From a virus: a stretch of DNA of 64,000 bases. The notes beneath the pieces were generated by a model. The model made no database searches. It was given only the letters and a program-made list of their open reading frames with translations, and had not been told where the DNA came from. This document shows, one piece after another, positions 58,433-64,000 of the stretch. The position numbers and the translations under genes were made by a program. The stretch is from IMG/VR virus record IMGVR_UViG_3300025121_000013. The stretch is one strand, 5' to 3'. Every line of letters starts with the position of its first letter. The stretch's first letter is position 1.

Positions 58433-61400
58433 TTAAAGAAGACCTTGAGAAATTAAAGAGGTAAAAGGATCTAACTTTGATAAACTTTGATTATCTCCAT
58501 TTATATTATTGACATTCGTTTTGCTATTTGTATTTATGCTTGTAATTCTTGGGCCTAAAACATTATTAATATTTTCTGAAGATGATTTTATCGTGTCAGA
58601 AACTTTATTAGTTGCCCCTTCTAAAGCGTCGACTGTTTTTTCCCAATCAAGAAATTTTGAAGCGATATCATAATCGTAGCTCATTTCTTTTCCAAATGGA
58701 ATTAAAGTATTTTTCTCATAAGCCTTTAATGCGTCCTTAGATTTTGTAGACAGTCTGTCTATAGTTTCTTTCATACCGGGAGGAATCTTGTTCTCCCAAA
58801 TTTGATAATATCTTTGAAAGTCTGCAATCTTTCTACTTTTCTCATCCTTAAATCTTTTTGTAAATGATTTATATGCATTACTTTCAAAGAATTCATTCAA
58901 TCTTGATTCACTTGGAATGCTAAATTGTCCATTATCCATATTTTCCAACTCGTATGGCAAATGGTAATATCTATCACTACCCATAATTAAATGTCCATCA
59001 CGTATTGCTTTACCTATTCTTTCTGAAACATTCGGACCAGAAAAAGCCCATACCCTTGCTCTTTCTGAAAGCATATCTGGAGTTACCAAATTAACAATAT
59101 TTTCTTGATTGTTTCTATTTCTCCATAATTCATTTTTAATATTTTCGATCCAATCAAACATCATTTTTTTATAATCTTCAAAACCTTCTGACGCTCCAGA
59201 AACTGCTTTCTTAAATAGAGTCTCTTCTTTTTTATCTTTTTCTTCTTTTCTTTTTGCCTCTTCTATTGCATATTCGGCTGAGGTTACAAATTTGTTAGCT
59301 TTTGGATCATATACAATAGTTTTATGTTGAACCAATGTACTAAATATTGTATCCGCGACTGAAGGGTCATTCCCAATCATTGCCGCTGCTTCTTGGCTAC
59401 ATTTTCTTCTAATATCATTTAAAAATTCTCTAGATCTTTTTTCTGTCAAACCATCAACTTCTTTTTCATATGAAGTTTTATTTTTTTCCCTATTTCTTGC
59501 CCTTTGTATTTCTAAATCTTCATCATAAGAATAAATTGTCTCAGCTATAGTTTTGTATTTTCCACTTTTATCTTTATAGACTAATTCATTATCTAATAAA
59601 TATCTTGACCACTCAGCTATTCCTGAAGGATCATTGCCAAATAATTTCTTAGCTTCTTCTGAAGAATTTTCTAAAAATTTCTCTAAAAGATTTTTTTCTA
59701 ATTTATAATCACCGATCTTTATTCCATCATGTATATTTTTACTAAATCTTTCTTTTGATAAATCAATAATATTTTCACGAATCTTTAGAGCTTCTGATAA
59801 TTGTAATTTTATTCTATCATGTCTACTTTGCTTAAATCCAATTTCAGAAGGAAACATATTCTTTCCACCTACGTTAACTATCGTACCGCTATTAAACAAT
59901 TTATTAAATTGGGAGGGTCCATCTTCTCCAAAACTGTTCAATAATTTCTGAACTTTTGAAGAAGAATTTTTACCTATGGTTTCAGAAAATACTTTATTAG
60001 CTTTATCTGTATGTTCTTTATTTTCTTTCATAATTGTATTATATTCTTTTATAATTTTATTTAAGTCAAGAATTCCTCCTGTTAAAGTTTTAATCAATTC
60101 ATTTGATCCTGACCACATCTTTTCAAAAGTGGTTAATCTGTCTTTTGCTTTTAGAAAAATATTCGAAGCATTTCCCCATCCTTTAAAGAATTTCCATATG
60201 CCTTTACCTATAAGATAGATTCCAGCAAAAACTGAAGTTCCTATTAATACATGCCATAGACCACTGAAGAAATCTTTTCCCCCATGTTTTAATTTTTGAA
60301 AAAACTCTCCTGATTTAAATTTATCTAATCTTTTCTCTAATTTATCAATAATACTTGATACTTTCTTTGACGTTTTGGATTTTAAAATCTTTTGAATAAA
60401 AGGAATCTTTACAATCCGTCCTAAAAATAATCCAACCACTGAAGTTCCCATAAACCATAAATCACCAAGAATATTTTTTGCAGTTGATGGTTTGGGAATA
60501 ACCGCCGTCGTTACCCCTGGAGGAATTATGACACCAGAATATCCATTGGATTCTTTATTAATTCTGATGTCCATTGGGCCATTAAATCTTTCATTGATCC
60601 AGCTTAATAAACCCTTTATTCCAGTTCCAATTTCTTCAAATATTTTAAATTGTTTTTCCACTATGAAATCATATAACTTTTTTAACAAAGATACTGGAGT
60701 TTCTTTTTCTACTATTTTCTTTCTTCTAAAATTCCATCCTCTTTCTGCCATAAGAAATTCAGATGTCTTTTTAAAATATTTAGATTTTCCTAAAAGTTTA
60801 AATACATCATTTACAGTGTTTGTTAGATCTCTAAATAAAAATTTTCCTATATTTATTGGAACCCCAATTCTTCTTCCTTCTAAACCAAGTTTTCGTCCAA
60901 AAATTGCATTCCATAAAAATTCACCAAAATCTTTTGGTTTTTTCTTTCCGTTACTATTGCCACCTAATCCAAACCCTTTAATCCAATCTGGCCCAGTTTG
61001 AATTATATCAATTAACTTATCAAATCTAAACATAGCTTCTTCATAAATGGTTCCTAATAAAGCTGGAAGAACTTCAAAAAAGTTTTTCGACTTTGGTAAA
61101 TCTGAAGAATATTTTCCTCTCTTTTTTACCAACCATTTAAATATTGATATTGGAGAAAAAACAAGTTTTGAAGTTAATTTTGTTAAAAGAACCATTTTTC
61201 TATAAAATGGATGTTCATCTAACATTTTTGTTTGAAACTTTTTGAATCCCTCAACCTTAGCTCCAATAGCGTCCCTAACTTCAAGAAGAGCTCTTAATTG
61301 ACGAACATTAGCTGGCTCAGTATGTTCATTATATGACTCACTTAAAGCTCTAAAAGTACTTTTGAAAAATCCTTCTTTTTGATCTCTTTTCATATCTTTG

Positions 61401-62413
61401 ATATATGTATTTAATTTTCTATTTGCGGCAACATTTAACGTCATAACATTTAAAAGTCTTTTTGTTGTGGCTAAAAATGTATGTTGATCTTTTCTTCTTT
61501 TTGTTGTGACTTCTCCGGTTTTTAACTCTTTTAAGGTTTTACTAATTTCATCAAACTTTTCAACCATCTGGTTTGCAGACATCACAACTTCTCCGGCGTG
61601 CACTCTAGCAAGACCGGATTTTGTAATAAAACCACCTTTTGAAAGATGGGGAATATTTTCCTCACCTCTTGCAATCTCTATTGTCTTTTTAGATAATTTT
61701 CCCTTAGAGCCTTTTTCATTCATTTTAGCTTCAGTGCTAGCTTTTTGAAATATATAAGATTTATATGTGTATTGTCGAATTGTTTTTAATTCTTGTAAAA
61801 TAGAAACTAATAAGCTAGACTGCTCAAATTCTGTATCTCCTTGAGTCTGTTGAACATATTGGGAGACCGATCCTTTTGGACGTTGCGCAAGACGTGCCGC
61901 ATAAATTAATTTTCTTCCACCTCTCTTTCTAAAAGAGTTTCTAACTCGGCTAGCGGCTCCAGAAATCTTTTCCTTCATTTTTGAAAATATATTTTGAAAG
62001 GCTGGTGTCTCAACCATTTTCCCAACAAAATATCCAATCACTGGACTTATTTTACTTAAAGACCCGGCAACAAGATTTCCTTTATTTACATTCATATCTT
62101 CAGATATTTTTTTACTAAAATCAGCTAAAACACTTCCTGTCATTTTTGTAGCTGACACAACAGTGTTTTTCATTCCTACCATAGCGCTCTTAGAAACCAT
62201 AGCGATACTTGACATTGCCATTTTCGAAACTGAGCTTATTTCTCTTTGAGTTTTTTCTCTTGAACGCATAGCGCTTTCAGTAAATGAAGACTTCGCCATA
62301 TTAGATCTTGAATTAATTCTTTTAGAATATTCATATGCTTTATCCATAGTACTTTCCGAATTTCTAATATCTTCTTTTGATCTAAACTCGGAAGGATCAA
62401 TGTCAATCGCCAT
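58433..62413 (-). CDS. Tape-measure-like protein
   Basis: 1326 aa, helical, IPHLSKGG..SGLARVHAGEVV motif. Confidence 0.65.
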   Translation of the reverse strand: MAIDIDPSEFRSKEDIRNSESTMDKAYEYSKRINSRSNMAKSSFTESAMRSREKTQREISSVSKMAMSSIAMVSKSAMVGMKNTVVSATKMTGSVLADFSKKISEDMNVNKGNLVAGSLSKISPVIGYFVGKMVETPAFQNIFSKMKEKISGAASRVRNSFRKRGGRKLIYAARLAQRPKGSVSQYVQQTQGDTEFEQSSLLVSILQELKTIRQYTYKSYIFQKASTEAKMNEKGSKGKLSKKTIEIARGEENIPHLSKGGFITKSGLARVHAGEVVMSANQMVEKFDEISKTLKELKTGEVTTKRRKDQHTFLATTKRLLNVMTLNVAANRKLNTYIKDMKRDQKEGFFKSTFRALSESYNEHTEPANVRQLRALLEVRDAIGAKVEGFKKFQTKMLDEHPFYRKMVLLTKLTSKLVFSPISIFKWLVKKRGKYSSDLPKSKNFFEVLPALLGTIYEEAMFRFDKLIDIIQTGPDWIKGFGLGGNSNGKKKPKDFGEFLWNAIFGRKLGLEGRRIGVPINIGKFLFRDLTNTVNDVFKLLGKSKYFKKTSEFLMAERGWNFRRKKIVEKETPVSLLKKLYDFIVEKQFKIFEEIGTGIKGLLSWINERFNGPMDIRINKESNGYSGVIIPPGVTTAVIPKPSTAKNILGDLWFMGTSVVGLFLGRIVKIPFIQKILKSKTSKKVSSIIDKLEKRLDKFKSGEFFQKLKHGGKDFFSGLWHVLIGTSVFAGIYLIGKGIWKFFKGWGNASNIFLKAKDRLTTFEKMWSGSNELIKTLTGGILDLNKIIKEYNTIMKENKEHTDKANKVFSETIGKNSSSKVQKLLNSFGEDGPSQFNKLFNSGTIVNVGGKNMFPSEIGFKQSRHDRIKLQLSEALKIRENIIDLSKERFSKNIHDGIKIGDYKLEKNLLEKFLENSSEEAKKLFGNDPSGIAEWSRYLLDNELVYKDKSGKYKTIAETIYSYDEDLEIQRARNREKNKTSYEKEVDGLTEKRSREFLNDIRRKCSQEAAAMIGNDPSVADTIFSTLVQHKTIVYDPKANKFVTSAEYAIEEAKRKEEKDKKEETLFKKAVSGASEGFEDYKKMMFDWIENIKNELWRNRNNQENIVNLVTPDMLSERARVWAFSGPNVSERIGKAIRDGHLIMGSDRYYHLPYELENMDNGQFSIPSESRLNEFFESNAYKSFTKRFKDEKSRKIADFQRYYQIWENKIPPGMKETIDRLSTKSKDALKAYEKNTLIPFGKEMSYDYDIASKFLDWEKTVDALEGATNKVSDTIKSSSENINNVLGPRITSINTNSKTNVNNINGDNQSLSKLDPFTSLISQGLL

Positions 62414-62428
62414 AATTTAAAACTCCTA

Positions 62429-63295
62429 TTATATCTTTTTAAACATTTGTATAATTTTTGTATTTTTTAAATTGTTCTCTAAAAAGACAGATATCGGTTC
62501 AGAAGGATAAACCAATTCTTGACCGGGAACGTTTACTATTTTTAACCCAAATGCCTTTTTATAAGAGATTGCTATTTTTCTTAATATATTTATTTTAGTT
62601 TTATATATCTTCATAAAAGCTTCTGGGCTCAATATAAAAATTCTAGCCGTTGAGATATATTCAGTTAATATTTTTTCAAATTCAATACTATCCAATAAAG
62701 ATTTCTCTCTAAAAGTATTTTGTAGAATCCTATATAACTCTATAAACTTTTGACTTAAGTCTCTTCTCTCTTCTAATTCAAAATTATTAAAAATAAATTT
62801 GACTATTTCTAAAGAATCTATTTTATTTGATAATCTAAACATTTCAAAATACAATTCAGAATAGAAAGAATTTAATTCATCATTAAAAATATTCAAAAAA
62901 CTATTAGGGGATTCTTGAGAAACATAATGAACACATTCATGCACTGTAGTTTTTGTTAATTCTAAATCATTGGTTTTGGATAAGATATTTACATTATTAT
63001 CTATCAAGATATATATTTTCTTTTTTTCAATAAATGCAGATATATATTTATTAGGACTATAACCTGATAATTTATATCCTATAAATCTTAATAATCCACG
63101 ATTCATAAAACAGGGAATTATAATATTTTTATTTACCAAAGAATTTATTTCTTTTTCCAATTCTGGATTTTCAGCTTGAATAATTTGAAGAAATTTTTCT
63201 TTTAAATTATCTGACGTATATAATTTAATACCATCTATAGAATCTATTTTTTTAAGACCTATAGGCAAAACAAAAAGTTCTGTCAAATCTGTCAT
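62429..63295 (-). CDS. Hypothetical protein with HExxH (zincin-like)
   Basis: TVHECVH and downstream E. Confidence 0.6.
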   Translation of the reverse strand: MTDLTELFVLPIGLKKIDSIDGIKLYTSDNLKEKFLQIIQAENPELEKEINSLVNKNIIIPCFMNRGLLRFIGYKLSGYSPNKYISAFIEKKKIYILIDNNVNILSKTNDLELTKTTVHECVHYVSQESPNSFLNIFNDELNSFYSELYFEMFRLSNKIDSLEIVKFIFNNFELEERRDLSQKFIELYRILQNTFREKSLLDSIEFEKILTEYISTARIFILSPEAFMKIYKTKINILRKIAISYKKAFGLKIVNVPGQELVYPSEPISVFLENNLKNTKIIQMFKKI

Positions 63296-63297
63296 TT

Positions 63298-64000
63298 TTA
63301 TTCCATATTAAAAAGATCTAAAGTATTGATAAATCCATTTAAATTATCTTGCTTAACCACCTTTGTAATACTTTCATTCATTGTACGCGTTTGATATAAT
63401 CCATCATTTAGATTTATCACATCGCTTAAATTATGAATCTGTTCTGGAGATTGAGTCATATTTATCATAGTCGGTGGATCATATTTTCTCACATAAAAAC
63501 AAAATGATGTTGATAATGCAAGGTCATCATTCATCCCTGTATCCGCTTCAACCCTCCCATTATTTTTTTCAATTAAACCAACTAGTTCTAAAGCTAAACG
63601 TTTTGACTTAACTATTTCTGGATATTTTACAACATAAGAATATAAAGCATCAATCATCAAAGGTCTTGATTTTCCTGTTGTAGATAAACCCAACTTTACA
63701 TCTTTCCCTCTATTTTCTCGATATATTTGATTTGCTATTTCATTGTCGGCATTTAATCCACTTAAAACTTCTCCACCATACCCTCCAGTATTTTCAACAA
63801 TTATCAATGAATTTCTATATTGATAAGCTGCTGCCTTAACAACTTTTATAAAATCTGGGATTGGGAGTTTTCCTAAAAATTCCCAGACTTGTTCTAAAGT
63901 TTCATAATCCCAAATGGTTATTGCAGATTTATCACTTGCATATTCTGAAGCCGTATCAACGCCGATAAGATAAAACTTTCCAGATTGAGGGGGACAAAAT
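63298..64000 (-). CDS. terL: Terminase large subunit, C-terminal nuclease domain (partial)
   Basis: Frame open to the window edge: YLIGVDTA..DKSAI..IIVENTG..NDDLALS. Confidence 0.85.
   Translation of the reverse strand, partial: FCPPQSGKFYLIGVDTASEYASDKSAITIWDYETLEQVWEFLGKLPIPDFIKVVKAAAYQYRNSLIIVENTGGYGGEVLSGLNADNEIANQIYRENRGKDVKLGLSTTGKSRPLMIDALYSYVVKYPEIVKSKRLALELVGLIEKNNGRVEADTGMNDDLALSTSFCFYVRKYDPPTMINMTQSPEQIHNLSDVINLNDGLYQTRTMNESITKVVKQDNLNGFINTLDLFNME

Noticed and set aside
1..64000. Genome-wide stop-codon recoding
   Set aside because: Long genes (819-1326 aa) are open in code 11, and the few internal stops are a mix of TAG, TAA and TGA

Overview
Very AT-rich segment of a large (jumbo-type) contractile-tailed phage genome; the host cannot be determined from this window. 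Plus-strand blocks encode virion genes: baseplate P2-gpI-like, gp25-like, gp26-like and gp6/J-like proteins, a tail sheath, a tail tube-like protein and a 4-member 'MIITE' family. A minus-strand block at the right end encodes a tape-measure-like protein and the terminase large subunit C-terminus. Four minus-strand units of small accessory genes each start at a shared motif (AACTATATATATTAATAAATGAG, putative early promoter) and end at a hairpin followed by TTTTTTTGTA. A second motif (AGAACA-N4/5-TAAA, putative late promoter) precedes the structural blocks and also lies inside a TnpB-only IS200/IS605 element at the left edge. Five tRNA genes are present (two with C33) plus one tRNA-like gene with a broken anticodon arm. 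The two most unusual elements are (i) a tandem pair of ~140-nt multiply pseudoknotted RNA motifs with a compensatory change and an anti-SD loop, leading the tRNA/early operon upstream of a DHH-like gene, and (ii) a 14-kb array of ~31 paralogous Cys-rich genes (Cx2Cx5Cx3C head, CxxC..CxxC ribbon, hypervariable tail) in active birth-and-death evolution. All annotations come from reading motifs by eye; no searches were run.
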